From: Candidatus Heimdallarchaeota archaeon
Lineage (GTDB): Archaea > Asgardarchaeota > Heimdallarchaeia > Hodarchaeales > Hodarchaeaceae
Length of the DNA: 64,000 nt
Assembly: GCA_020353515.1 (NCBI GenBank)
Contig: CP070695.1
Location: 537,173 to 601,172, forward strand
Direction of reading: 5' to 3'
Translations under genes and position numbers: made by a program
The notes under the pieces: model-generated
The model's input: only the letters and a program-made list of their open reading frames with translations
Databases searched by the model: none
What the model was told of the DNA's origin: nothing
In this document: positions 10,675-22,000 of the stretch, piece after piece
How the letters are laid out: every line of letters begins with the position of its first letter
Numbering within the stretch: the first letter of the stretch is position 1

Positions 10675-12057
10675 TTAACCTAAAAAAATCTTCGCTAGAT
10701 TATAATAGACCCTTTGGGAAAACTCTATTGTCTTTATGCTTATCCGTTCATCAGTTCCATGTGCAAGACTTGCTAGATGACTCATTGGAGTTTCTGGATC
10801 AAAGAGAGAGAAACCATATGCTCCCACTCCTCGTTCACGGAAGAACCTACAATCAGAAACTCCAGGCATGATGAAAGGAACTAACACACTATCTGGTTGT
10901 TCTTGTTGGACAGCTTTTTCCATTGCAGTAACAAATTCTGAAGAAGCAAGACTTGCATTACCATAAGAAGTAAACCCTCCTGCTTCAACTGATAAGGATT
11001 CAATTTTCGCTTCTTCAGATAAATCTCCTAATGCCTTTTTCAGATGTATACCAACATATTTATCATCTTGACCTGGTAATGTTCGAATATCTACATCAAT
11101 ATAGCTAGTTGCAGGAATTACGTTAACTTTAGTTCCTCCTTGTACAATATTTGGAGATAAAGTCATTCTAGTAAGACTATGAACTACTCTAGCCATTTGT
11201 GGATCTCTTTTCTTCAAGTTTCTTAGAGTAAACGGTAGTAATCTCTTATTTGTGAGCATCAAGCGTTGAATAAAACCTAAATCTAGACCCTTGGCTAAAT
11301 AATTCAGGTATTCAGTTGTTAAAGGAATTTTAGAATCACAATATTCCCGAATCATTATCATTGCTCGAGCAGCTTTGTGTGCAGCATTGTCTGAATCAAA
11401 TGGCATAGATCCATGGCCAGGTGTTCCCTTAAACGATATTCGTTTCCATGCACCTCCTTTTTCACCGATCATAAAGGCCAATTTACCTGGTGCAATAGAA
11501 AGACCACCAGCTTCTGTAACGAGAAAATCGGTTTTTACTTGCTCAGGATGATTTTTTAACATCCATTCAGCACCGTATATCCCTCCTGCTTCTTCATCGC
11601 TTACAACTAGTAATGTCAAGTCTCCTTTAGGTTGGAAATTCTCTTTTTGGAGTTTTATAAAGGCTTGAACCTGAGTTACAACAATATAGAGCATATCTAA
11701 AGCCCCGCGTCCCCAGACATACCCATCTTTTACAGTTCCGGAAAAAGGATCTACTTCCCAATCATTTGGATTTTCTACAGGAACCACATCTACATGAGCT
11801 GGGCCAAACATTAGTCTGGGCCCCTTTTCCTTTCCAGGAATTCGTGCAACTAGATTCCCCCTATTCGGAGCAGATTCAAAAATCTGACTCTCCACATCAT
11901 GTTCTAGCAAAAAACGATGAATAGTTTGAATTGATTTCATCTCATTACCTGGAGGGTTCACACACTTGTTTTGAATCAGCTCTGAAAGCAATACTATTGA
12001 TTCTTTTACGGAATTTTCCATTATAAACACCATTCTTAGAATTATTTGCAGTAACAA
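10675..12057 (-). CDS. M20/M25/M40 family metallopeptidase (ArgE/DapE-like); likely start 12021
   Basis: HVDVVP, GRGALDM, DEEAGG, GHGSMP, AHGTDER. Confidence 0.92.
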   Translation of the reverse strand: MLLQIILRMVFIMENSVKESIVLLSELIQNKCVNPPGNEMKSIQTIHRFLLEHDVESQIFESAPNRGNLVARIPGKEKGPRLMFGPAHVDVVPVENPNDWEVDPFSGTVKDGYVWGRGALDMLYIVVTQVQAFIKLQKENFQPKGDLTLLVVSDEEAGGIYGAEWMLKNHPEQVKTDFLVTEAGGLSIAPGKLAFMIGEKGGAWKRISFKGTPGHGSMPFDSDNAAHKAARAMIMIREYCDSKIPLTTEYLNYLAKGLDLGFIQRLMLTNKRLLPFTLRNLKKRDPQMARVVHSLTRMTLSPNIVQGGTKVNVIPATSYIDVDIRTLPGQDDKYVGIHLKKALGDLSEEAKIESLSVEAGGFTSYGNASLASSEFVTAMEKAVQQEQPDSVLVPFIMPGVSDCRFFRERGVGAYGFSLFDPETPMSHLASLAHGTDERISIKTIEFSQRVYYNLAKIFLG

Positions 12058-12133
12058 TAATTTTTTTTATTTAACATTTATCTTTTTATTCTTAACCATT
12101 ATTTACGGGTAGTGATGAATTATTAGACATAAA

Positions 12134-12829
12134 TTGAGTATTAAAACCATCTCAATTCTTTTAATTGCTATTTTTTCTATTGTTATTCAACTAGATCATC
12201 CTTATACATTTTCAATACCATTAAATGATCCGCTTGGATATAAAGTTAACGTCGGAGATTTTCGAGAATTTAAATACACGAAATTCTATGATTCTCGATT
12301 ACCTGACCCATCAAAGGACCGACGTTATGCAAGAAATGTTGATGGCGAACTTCAAAACTTTACAATAGAAGAAGGGGTTAAGTTAAAAATAACAATTACA
12401 GATGTGGGGGAGAGTTATATTTCTGGAACCAGAACTATTGAGGATGCAGTGACCATTGAAGAAGACTGGATGGATTTATTTGTTAGGCCTATGACAGATA
12501 ATATATCATTGTTAGCTAAATCTTTTAATGAGAGTGGGAACTTCAAAATTCAGAATAATCACATTATTGAAGAAGTAGATGAACCCTATTCTCCAGAAAT
12601 ATACTATGATTTAAATCGTTCTAGAACCTCGATTTGGGAGAAAACAGGATGGGTTAGTTATTTTCTCATTCGTGTTTATGACGCAGAAACCGTTTATTAT
12701 GAACTGGAGGTCGTGGAGCAACCTTCTCATAGTGAAATTGTGAAATCTAATGAAATATCGGGGGTTTTTTTGCTTAGTATCATTCTAATTGTAGTTGTGT
12801 ATCTCCAATTTGCTTCCAAGAGGAAATGA
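12134..12829 (+). CDS. Secreted/surface protein with C-terminal TM anchor
   Basis: Signal peptide; C-terminal SGVFLLSIILIVVVYL + KRK. Confidence 0.7.
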   Translation: MSIKTISILLIAIFSIVIQLDHPYTFSIPLNDPLGYKVNVGDFREFKYTKFYDSRLPDPSKDRRYARNVDGELQNFTIEEGVKLKITITDVGESYISGTRTIEDAVTIEEDWMDLFVRPMTDNISLLAKSFNESGNFKIQNNHIIEEVDEPYSPEIYYDLNRSRTSIWEKTGWVSYFLIRVYDAETVYYELEVVEQPSHSEIVKSNEISGVFLLSIILIVVVYLQFASKRK

Positions 12830-12932
12830 GTCTTAATTTTTTTCCTATCTCTCATGTGATCAATAGTGCATTAGATATCTTAATTAAAAACTATGAAATT
12901 TTCAGTTTCTTAGCAATGTCTGGTGATAAATC

Positions 12933-14123
12933 TTGTCAAATGCTCTAAAGCACGTAAAATATCTTGCAGAGGAAATTGGTCCGCGTGGTTCAACGAGTAA
13001 TGAAGAAAAACTAGCTGCAGAATATGTAGAAAATAATCTTCGGTCTTTAGATAATGTAGATGTTTTCATCCAAACTTTTCGCGGCCTTTCAACATGGACA
13101 TGGACAGTCGTTATGTCAATGCTCTTTGTATTAATAGCAATAGTAATTTATCCGATTTTTCCTCTACTAGCCGCTCTCCTCGTAGTATGTGGTCTATTTT
13201 TCTATATAATGGAAGTTGATAATAGGCCAATCTTATCTAGACTGATGCCTAAAAGAGAAAGCAGAAATGTGATAAGCAGAATAAAAACGGAAAGTATAAG
13301 CTCAGAAAAGGTTGTATTAGTTGCTCATGTTGATACATCAAGAGCTGACTATTCTCACCACCCAAAGAGAGTTACTAGCTTTAGAAAGTTAGCTGTTATG
13401 AATTTGATGCTTGTAGTCTTGGTTAGTATCATCTATTCTCTAGGAGCACTGTTTGATTTTGTCAAAATTGAGATTTTTCCCAATAATGTTGAGTGGTTAT
13501 TCACCCTTCTTCTTGCTATTCCAATACTATTTAGCTGTATTCTAATAATACTGCGAGAATTCTTTTATGATATTTCTCCAGGTGCCAATGATAATGCCTC
13601 TGGAGTTGGTGTTGTCCTAGAATTAATGGATTATTATAGTAAGAATTCATTGAAGAATACAGAAATCTTAGCTGTATTTACAGGCTGTGAGGAAGCTTGG
13701 TGTTATGGAATGATTGAATTTCTCAACCAATATGGTAAGGATCTACAGGAAGCCTATTTCATCAACATTGATAATGTTGGAGCAGGCACTCCAGCATTCT
13801 TACAGATTGAGGGAATGTTTTTTTCTCATAAGGCCGACCCTATACTTCTTAAACTCGCTCGGAAATTACAAAAAAACCATTCAGAGTTACAAGTTGAAGA
13901 ACGCTCTTTTCGTGCTGGGTATCAAGATGGAACAGTAGCAATGGTTAAGGGGTATAAAGCAATAACCTTCTTGGCGCTTGACCAAAACAATTTTCCACCA
14001 AATTGGCATTGGGAAACAGATGTAGTGGAAAATATCGAAGAAAATGTGGTAAGAACGACAGAAGAATTTGTTAAATTGCTTATTACAGCAATTGATCAGA
14101 GAAGTAATACTACTACAATATGA
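12933..14123 (+). CDS. Membrane-embedded M28 family peptidase
   Basis: IGPR, AHVDT, GANDNASG, GCEE, NIDNVG, WHWETD; TM insertions; GGTGA RBS before the TTG start. Confidence 0.9.
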   Translation: MSNALKHVKYLAEEIGPRGSTSNEEKLAAEYVENNLRSLDNVDVFIQTFRGLSTWTWTVVMSMLFVLIAIVIYPIFPLLAALLVVCGLFFYIMEVDNRPILSRLMPKRESRNVISRIKTESISSEKVVLVAHVDTSRADYSHHPKRVTSFRKLAVMNLMLVVLVSIIYSLGALFDFVKIEIFPNNVEWLFTLLLAIPILFSCILIILREFFYDISPGANDNASGVGVVLELMDYYSKNSLKNTEILAVFTGCEEAWCYGMIEFLNQYGKDLQEAYFINIDNVGAGTPAFLQIEGMFFSHKADPILLKLARKLQKNHSELQVEERSFRAGYQDGTVAMVKGYKAITFLALDQNNFPPNWHWETDVVENIEENVVRTTEEFVKLLITAIDQRSNTTTI

Positions 14124-14267
14124 AATCTGAAAAAGCTAATTTTGGCAGGAATCTATCAATAATCTTATTATCAGCTAATCTTCGTCTCCCGAATAGTAAA
14201 TGTTATAATATAGTTTTTCTGAATATCACTCGAGATACTACAATTTTAAACTCTCTAGGAAAAAAAG

Positions 14268-14435
14268 ATGAAAATACCCGTTGAATTATCTTACCAAGAA
14301 TTCCGAGAGCTTCCGACCCACGAAAAGAAAAGAGAATTATTGAAATATTTAACTGAGAAAACTCTACAAATTGAAGTAAATAGAATTATTGAAAATAAAA
14401 GAGCACCAAAGTTTAGTAGGGAGGTAAATAGTTAA
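14268..14435 (+). CDS. Unannotated 55-aa small protein
   Basis: Manual translation MKIPVELSYQEFRELPTHEKKRELLKYLTEKTLQIEVNRIIENKRAPKFSREVNS*; AGGA upstream; ends 15 nt before the next ORF. Confidence 0.55.
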   Translation: MKIPVELSYQEFRELPTHEKKRELLKYLTEKTLQIEVNRIIENKRAPKFSREVNS

Positions 14436-14450
14436 GGTTTATGTTATTTA

Positions 14451-14879
14451 TTGATCGCAGAGGACATTTTCGAGTTCGAGGGTATACTAATATGCATATT
14501 TTGTGGAAATAAACTCACAGAAAACCGAAAATGGGTAACTCGTCCCAATAAATCGATTTTATGCTCTGAAATTTGTTTAAGGAAACACAAAGCAAAGAGA
14601 GTTTCTGAGCTAAATCATAGAACTGGTGTGACGCTCCAAAAAACAAGAGAAATAGATAAGGAATGGGGTAGTAGAGACCCTTTTCGTGGCGTTGCTCCTC
14701 CAGAAATAACATTCAATCATAGCGAAGACACAAATGATATATCTTTTGAATGGAAAATTGCTATTCCTGATATCCTCGACGTCTTTTATTGGCCTCTTCA
14801 GAAAAAGATGATGATTGAATTGCTTCTTAACTACTCGAAGCTGAATAATGAAAATAATAAGGGTAAGGAAGCGAGTTAG
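14451..14879 (+). CDS. Small protein with treble-clef-like Zn finger (CxxC...CSxxC)
   Basis: CIFCG...LCSEIC. Confidence 0.65.
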   Translation: MIAEDIFEFEGILICIFCGNKLTENRKWVTRPNKSILCSEICLRKHKAKRVSELNHRTGVTLQKTREIDKEWGSRDPFRGVAPPEITFNHSEDTNDISFEWKIAIPDILDVFYWPLQKKMMIELLLNYSKLNNENNKGKEAS

Positions 14880-14918
14880 AGAATATAAATTCTCTAACGA
14901 TTTTATTAAAGGAAAGAT

Positions 14919-17900
14919 TTAATAATATTTCCCTCTCACTCTATTAACCCATTTACTTGTTTCAAGGACGACGAGAGGTATCAGAGCAGCCACAATGCAC
15001 AAAAACCAATCGCCAATGTCAAGTGCAACAATATCAACATATAAACCAAACCCCTTGATTAAATTCTGGGAGAGATCAGGGAGATACATTAAGAAAAGAT
15101 GGATAAGTAGAATTGAAAAAGCAAGAACATAGGTATACCAGTAAGAATCCTCTTTAACAGCTTTCAAGAGAGATTTATCAATACGTCTAATAGATAGAAT
15201 AATCAATGGGATGGCTATATATAAGATTGTATGCATGTAAGTCCGTGCTTTGGCATGATTCCAGCTTTGGGGTCTTAAATTAGGGGAAGCCACTTCATCC
15301 TGAAAAATAGGGATATAAAATTCTTGGTTGATGTTATTTAAAGGAATGAAACTGAAGTAAGTTCCGAAATAGACTACATAGATGACTGTTGCTAATGTAA
15401 TCGATGTCAATAATAATGTAAGAGCTAATCTTCTATTGAATATCCCCGCTGTATCTATTGGATCACGATCCATGATATCTTTGGGGATTCCGTCAATAAT
15501 TAAAGCCAGTGGAGGGAATGTATGTGCAATACCAAATATGTAGGCACGCTGAAGATGATCCATTAATTCAAAACCTGGAATAAACCCAGAGATAAACGAG
15601 GCACCAATGTAGCACCCTGCTTCAGCTAAATTTGCACATATATAAAAGAATATAATAACTCGAATCCTTTGAAAAAGAGCACGGCCTTCTCTGATTCCTG
15701 TCACAATAGAATTAAAGGAATCATCCGCAATGACGAGATCAGCAGCTTGTTTACTCACCTCAGTTCCAGCAATTCCCATTGCTATGCCTGCATCAGCCAT
15801 ACTTAGTGCAAGAGCATCATTGACTCCATCACCTGTCATCGCAACAACACGGTTTTGTTGCTGATACCGTGCAACAATAATTTGTTTATCCTGAGGCGCA
15901 ACACGGGCAAAAACTCTCGTATTAACAAAGTCTTGGTCAGCGAGCTCAGAAGCCATCTTTCCTTCATGTGTTTGATGTTGCTTCTGATAAACCATCCCAA
16001 TGCTATTTGCGATAGAAGATGCTGTAACAGGACTATCACCAGTAATCATAATAGGTACGATTCCTGCTTGAATTGTCTCATTTACAGATTCATCAACAAG
16101 GTCTCTTGGAGGATCCAAGACTGTAACAAATCCAAGATAAGATAGGTTGGTTTCAACTTCCTCTCGTTCTTCCTCACCCTTCTGTGGGAGCTTATCGATA
16201 TTTTTATATGCAAGAGACAATATTCTGTAACCTTGGCCTGCAAATTGCTCCGTATATTCCATTATCTTCTTTTTATCAGCATTAGTTAGAGCTTTACTCT
16301 TTTCTTTGTAACCAATCGAGTTACATCTGGGTAAAAGAACTTCCGTGGCACCTTTGCAAAAAATAACTAACTCAGAGTCTTTTGTGTTGAATACTTTACT
16401 CATGCGTTTTAAAGAAGAATCAAATGGATATTCTCTCTCCAGTTCATAGATTTGTTTAACCTTCTCTTTTTCAATATTAGTCTTGTTAAAAACTGCTAGT
16501 AGGGCACTTTCGGTCGGACTGCCTGTTCCAGTATATACATTCTGCTTCGTTGCCTCAATATATTCTTCAATGATTTCACTATCGTTGTTCAACATCCCAG
16601 ATGTAATTAGTGTTCCTAGAGAGGAGTTAAGTACAACGGGTTCCGATTTAAGGGATTTTGCTTCTTTTTCACCTATCTTTTCCATATCCTTGTCTAATTT
16701 CACAATTTTACCTTCAGGAGAATACCCCAAACCAGTAACATAATAGTGTGTGTCTGTAGTGGCATCCCAAATTCTTTTCACAGTCATTTGACCTGCAGTA
16801 ATAGTACCAGTCTTGTCAGAACATAAAATAGAAATCCTGCCCAAGCTTTCAATTGAAGCCAAGTTTCTAATGATCACTCGGTGTTTAGCCATAGCAAGGA
16901 CACCAGTAATTAAGATAATCGTAGTTAACAGGGGAATATTGATCGGAACTACACTCATGGCCTTGATGATAATGTTGCTAACGTCAAAAATTATTACACC
17001 AATGAGTTCTGTGGGCTTTTTTAAACTGAGTATTCCTTCTTCTAATTGATCAAGAATCCTCGCTCCTTGATAGATAATCAACATACTAAAGACAATAAGC
17101 ATTCCAAATGCTAGATAATTGCCGATAACATTGACTTTTTGACGTATAGGAATGTCTCCTGTGTTCAATTCTTCTAATTCTAGACTAATTTTTCCAAATT
17201 CCGTATTTCCACCTGTATTCACAACCATTGCTAAACCAGATCCCATTGTAGCAAAGGTTCCGTTGAAAAGCATGTTCTTTCTGTCACCAATTGGAGTTTC
17301 AAGTGCAAAAGGTGCTTCCCCTGTTTCCACTTTCGTAGTAGGGACGCTTTCTCCAGTTAATGATGATTCGTTAACCTGGAGAGAGCTTGATTTAATCACT
17401 CTAGCATCAGCAGGAATTTTATCTCCTTGAGCGATTTTTATGATATCACCTGGAACAACTTCCTCAGTAGGAATTTCCACCTCATTACTATCACGGATGA
17501 CACGAGCCTCTGGAGCTGCAAGTTTGTGAAGAGCCTCTATCTTTTTTTGCGCACGTGCTTGTTGAATGATCGCAATAAGGAAATTTACACCAACAATGAC
17601 TACCCATTGTGCCGCTGTAAACCAAATAGAGGTATCCGCAGGATCGATAAATAGATAAAAAAATGCTAAGAGAAAAATGAAAGATGTCATTATGAGATAA
17701 ATAACTATTAGTGTGTTTAACAACGGAGCTAAATATACCTGCCAGAAACTCTGTTTTGGTTTAGGAATTAAATTGACACCATATTTCGCCAATCTCCTTG
17801 ATGCATCGTCTTGTGATAATCCTTTTTCAAGATCCGAATCTAATTGCGAAACAAGTTCATTTAGCTCAAGTGAATGTCCACTAATAGCAGTGGGTTTCTG

Positions 17901-17921
17901 TTCTATGTCAATTATTGCCAT
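14919..17921 (-). CDS. Cation-transporting P-type ATPase (type II, Ca2+-like)
   Basis: TGES, CSDKTGT, KGA, MITGD, MTGDGVND. Confidence 0.95.
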   Translation of the reverse strand: MAIIDIEQKPTAISGHSLELNELVSQLDSDLEKGLSQDDASRRLAKYGVNLIPKPKQSFWQVYLAPLLNTLIVIYLIMTSFIFLLAFFYLFIDPADTSIWFTAAQWVVIVGVNFLIAIIQQARAQKKIEALHKLAAPEARVIRDSNEVEIPTEEVVPGDIIKIAQGDKIPADARVIKSSSLQVNESSLTGESVPTTKVETGEAPFALETPIGDRKNMLFNGTFATMGSGLAMVVNTGGNTEFGKISLELEELNTGDIPIRQKVNVIGNYLAFGMLIVFSMLIIYQGARILDQLEEGILSLKKPTELIGVIIFDVSNIIIKAMSVVPINIPLLTTIILITGVLAMAKHRVIIRNLASIESLGRISILCSDKTGTITAGQMTVKRIWDATTDTHYYVTGLGYSPEGKIVKLDKDMEKIGEKEAKSLKSEPVVLNSSLGTLITSGMLNNDSEIIEEYIEATKQNVYTGTGSPTESALLAVFNKTNIEKEKVKQIYELEREYPFDSSLKRMSKVFNTKDSELVIFCKGATEVLLPRCNSIGYKEKSKALTNADKKKIMEYTEQFAGQGYRILSLAYKNIDKLPQKGEEEREEVETNLSYLGFVTVLDPPRDLVDESVNETIQAGIVPIMITGDSPVTASSIANSIGMVYQKQHQTHEGKMASELADQDFVNTRVFARVAPQDKQIIVARYQQQNRVVAMTGDGVNDALALSMADAGIAMGIAGTEVSKQAADLVIADDSFNSIVTGIREGRALFQRIRVIIFFYICANLAEAGCYIGASFISGFIPGFELMDHLQRAYIFGIAHTFPPLALIIDGIPKDIMDRDPIDTAGIFNRRLALTLLLTSITLATVIYVVYFGTYFSFIPLNNINQEFYIPIFQDEVASPNLRPQSWNHAKARTYMHTILYIAIPLIILSIRRIDKSLLKAVKEDSYWYTYVLAFSILLIHLFLMYLPDLSQNLIKGFGLYVDIVALDIGDWFLCIVAALIPLVVLETSKWVNRVRGKYY

Positions 17922-18294
17922 AAAGATCCTTCCTGCATGGTAAAATCCTTTTATAATATGGATATTGAATACTCTTATTTAATGATATTCACTTTTTCAA
18001 AAAACTCTGCTTACATATTCAGGTAGTTTCCAATAGTGGTAGTTCCCCCTGATTCTATTGTGTACAATATCTATGGAGAAGCGCTCTTCTTCAGTGTTTT
18101 AGGAACATACATTCCAGTAAGATCACTGAAAAACAAAGAACCAACTCTATTGTTAAGGAGTCTTTGAGTTATCTTTTTTTTATCTCAATTCATTTTTCTG
18201 AAAAGAAAAGTTCTTCTGTTAACCAGAATTCAACGCATAAAAATCAAAATATATGAACCTGAATTACTAGCCAGTACCAACGGATGAGATTTAA

Positions 18295-19005
18295 ATGGAT
18301 AACGACCATAAAAGTAATATTATTCTAAAAAACATACAAAAAACCTATTTGTTAGGAAAACAAAGTGTCCCAGCTCTGCGTGGGATAGATATCGAAATTA
18401 AAAGGGGGGAGTTTATTGGTGTCACAGGACCTTCGGGTTGCGGGAAAACTACACTTCTAAACTTAATTGGAGCAATTGACAAAGCAACTAGAGGGACAAT
18501 TATTGTCAATAATATTAATCTCACCACAGCATCTGATAATACTCTTGCAGATATTAGATTAAAACATATAGGTTTTATTTTTCAATTTTACAACCTTTTG
18601 AGCTATTTCACGGCACGAGAGAATGTTGAAATGCCTATGACATTTTTAGGGGTTCCTAAGAAAAAAAGAAGAACTAGAGCAAAAGAACTGCTATCTTCTT
18701 TAGGGATTGGAGATCGTGCTGATCATCTACCAAGTGAATTGAGTGGAGGCGAGCAACAGCGTGTCGCTATTGCACGTGCTTTAGCGAATAACCCTTCCAT
18801 CATTTTAGCAGATGAACCAACAGGAGATCTCGACTCTGTAACTGGAGAAGAGATTATGAATATACTTGTTGACTTAAATAAAGAACGAGGGGTAATAATT
18901 GTACTTGTAACACATGACCCCCCTACTGCGCAATATGCAGATCGTATTCTTTCAATGCATGATGGGAAAATCGTCAAGGACATTATTAGTCCACTAAAAA
19001 CCTAG
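18295..19005 (+). CDS. ABC transporter ATP-binding protein (LolD/MacB-like)
   Basis: GPSGCGKT, LSGGEQQR, ILADEPTG, VTHD. Confidence 0.95.
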   Translation: MDNDHKSNIILKNIQKTYLLGKQSVPALRGIDIEIKRGEFIGVTGPSGCGKTTLLNLIGAIDKATRGTIIVNNINLTTASDNTLADIRLKHIGFIFQFYNLLSYFTARENVEMPMTFLGVPKKKRRTRAKELLSSLGIGDRADHLPSELSGGEQQRVAIARALANNPSIILADEPTGDLDSVTGEEIMNILVDLNKERGVIIVLVTHDPPTAQYADRILSMHDGKIVKDIISPLKT

Positions 19006-19021
19006 GAATGGAGGTGATTAT

Positions 19022-22000
19022 ACGCCAATTCGTGTCCCTTGGTTTTATGCAGAATTTATTCTCAGAACTATTCGTAAGAAAAAAGCACGGGCTATTTTGG
19101 GTTTTCTTGGAATGATGGTAAGCGTGTCTTTGATTGTTTCTATGAATGTTTTGATTGACTCTCTCGCAGCTGACTCACTAGCGATAGCAACCGCCTCAGC
19201 AGGAGAAGTAGATGTTGAATTTGAACTAGTGAGTGCAGATAATCACAATGTTTTTACATGGGCAATAGATGTGAATATTACCGATCAACTTGAAATCAAT
19301 GATGTTTTCGACGATGGGTCTTGGGATGGATCTTCATTAACTAAATTGGGGTTTTTTCGACCTTGGTTCAATGCCACAGAATTAGTGCAGATCTATAACA
19401 AACAACCAGAATTAAGAGGTGTAAGTCCACGGTTAATAATAGATTCTGATTATGTACGGACCTCCTCAGAACGATCTGAACCATTTCCCACATCACTAAT
19501 TTTCATAAATACAACGAGAGAGGATCAACTAGATATAGGATCGCTTGTGAGTTATCAGAAAAATACTCCAGTTCCAAAACTTGAAGCAAACCAAGTTTAT
19601 ATTCTACCTTCTGCTGCTAGATCTTTAAACGTCACGACAGGAGATTTAATTGAGATTGAGCTTTATCCCTTTGGCCTCAATGATAATAAAAATCGATCTG
19701 AGATCCTAGGACTTAATGGAACCATTAATTTGAGTATTGCATCAATCGTTAAAAATCAAGAACGATTCGAGTCGGGACTTTCTAATGCTATCCTATTGGA
19801 TTATGATATGCTCTTTACAATCTTTCAAAATTATAACATAACAACAAAAGAGATTGCCAATCAAATAGTAGGAGCTTTTCCAGATGTAGACGGCATCCAG
19901 GGAGGTGGAACTTACAATTATAGAGATTTAGAAGGTATGAAGGCAAAAACCCTGAAGATAGGAGAAAAATTAACTAGCTTACTCCCTTATGACACAGTAT
20001 TCCCATCCGAAGATCAGCAGTATCATATTATGTTCTCAATCTCTTTTCCAAGAGTTCAAGCCATTCTATTCATTGCTGAGATTTCAACAATTGCACGGGT
20101 GCTTTTAGATTTCATGGCTGCTATCGCATTAATAATTGGAGGCGTTTTAATCTATTCGCTACAGACAGTAAGTGTAGAAGAACGTATAAGAGATTTTGCA
20201 ATAATGAGGACAGTTGGAGGAAAACGAAGACAAATTTGGATTATGGTAGCTATTGAGGGCCTCTCTATTGTAACTTTAGGTAGTATTACTGGAATATTTG
20301 CATCTTTAGGGCTAGCTCCAATCTTTATGCGAATCATGAGATTTGGAGACATAGCTTTGGTCATCTCTGAAGTTTCAGTTTTGACTGGACTAGTAGCAGG
20401 ATTAGGGATTGGAATCGTTTCATCTTTTTTACCAGCTTATAGGGCAACCGCAACCAATATCGTGAAAGGATTAGACCCATTACGTCAATCTATACCTGAA
20501 GCAAAATTCTCTAGAGAGAGAGGAATTAACCTGACTTTGTTAGGAGTAGGGATAGTGTTAACCATAACCTCAGCTATTGTAGTTGTTGCAATTCCTCAAG
20601 TATTAGTGGGTGGTGGATTCATATGGTTAGCTTTTCTAATTTTTGGATTGCTTTTAGTATTATTAATAGGATTAGACCTTATTTCAGTGGCATTGCTGAT
20701 TCCCGTTATGGAATTTCTTTTTTCTTTGCCTTTAGAACTTTTCAGAAAAACTAGGAAAGTCAAAGATATTGTTGTTCGTTCTTTGAGGAGAAACAGAAGA
20801 CGAACAACAGCTACAGCAGTCATGTTTAGTCTTAGCTTTGCCTTTGTCTTCTTTGTAGGAGTTACTATGGAAGTGGATGCCGCAACAGCAGAGTATAATG
20901 CAATTATGTCAAATGGTAGTGATGTTGTTCTCACAAGTCAGCGTACAGGTTTTTTCTTTTTCTTTTTTGGTAGTAGAGACAAAGTTTACTACCCTATAAA
21001 TTATGGTGAACAGATCAAAAACAGATTTCTTGAACAAGAACGCCACCGATTAGGGAATGATTCTCTAGAACTTAAACGCTATAACCGTTCCTTGAGCTTT
21101 ACAGAAGTGACACCAGATTTGTCATATGCTAGAACTATGTTTAGTTTAACCGAGGGAAATGAAACCAAAGAATATGATGCAAGCGTAAGAATTGGAGACG
21201 CCTCATTCTTTGATTCACTTTCAGCAAATATTTATGGAATCGCTCCCAATTTCCTAGATATCTTATATAACAGAATCACTTTTTCTCAAGGATCTCTTAC
21301 CGATATAACAGCTGTAGCAGAAGGTGAGTTAAATACAGCGGTAATATCAACTGGATTAGCTTCAGAGTTTAACTTAAAGAGAGGTGATCCTTTCAGGTTA
21401 CGTATTTCGACATTTAATGCCACTTATGACATATTAAACCTAACTGTAAAAGCTGTACTGGATGCAGCTCCAGGATTCTCTGGATTCAGCACAGGAACAG
21501 GATTTGGTGGATCAGACGTCTGGGTCAGTCAAGAAACTTGGCAATCATTACGTCAGATAATTCACTCAGAGAAATTACTTGCTCCATTTGGATATCTCCC
21601 AATCGAAAAGATATTCTTCAAAATTGAAGACCCTGAAGCTGGACACGATCCTGATTTTAAGCTTGAACTCGGAAAGAAACTTGGTGAGTTCCTGTCGATT
21701 TATTATCCTGATGCAGCCAATGAGGTCACCGTAGAAGAAGTTGAGAATGCAAAGGAATCCGCAGCATCAGGTCAGGCATTATTCAGTACTATAATGAGTT
21801 TAGCTGTTATAATTTCATTTTTTGGATTAATGAGTTCAATGTATAGTTCGGTTCAGGAAAGTCAATTCGAGATCGGTGTTTTAAAGTCAATGGGATTGAG
21901 AAATGGTGATGTTCGTAATTACCTTATATTTGAAAGTACTATTCTCACGTTGAGTTCAGGAGCCTGTGGAGCTCTAATCGGGTATATTTTGGCGTATACC

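Noticed and set aside
17990-18135. TTCAGTG/CACTGAA inverted repeat (18090-18130) and a protein-like minus-strand fragment upstream of the P-type ATPase; considered as a Mn/Mg riboswitch or small gene
   Set aside because: No recognisable riboswitch consensus, the stem is weak, and the fragment has no start codon in frame
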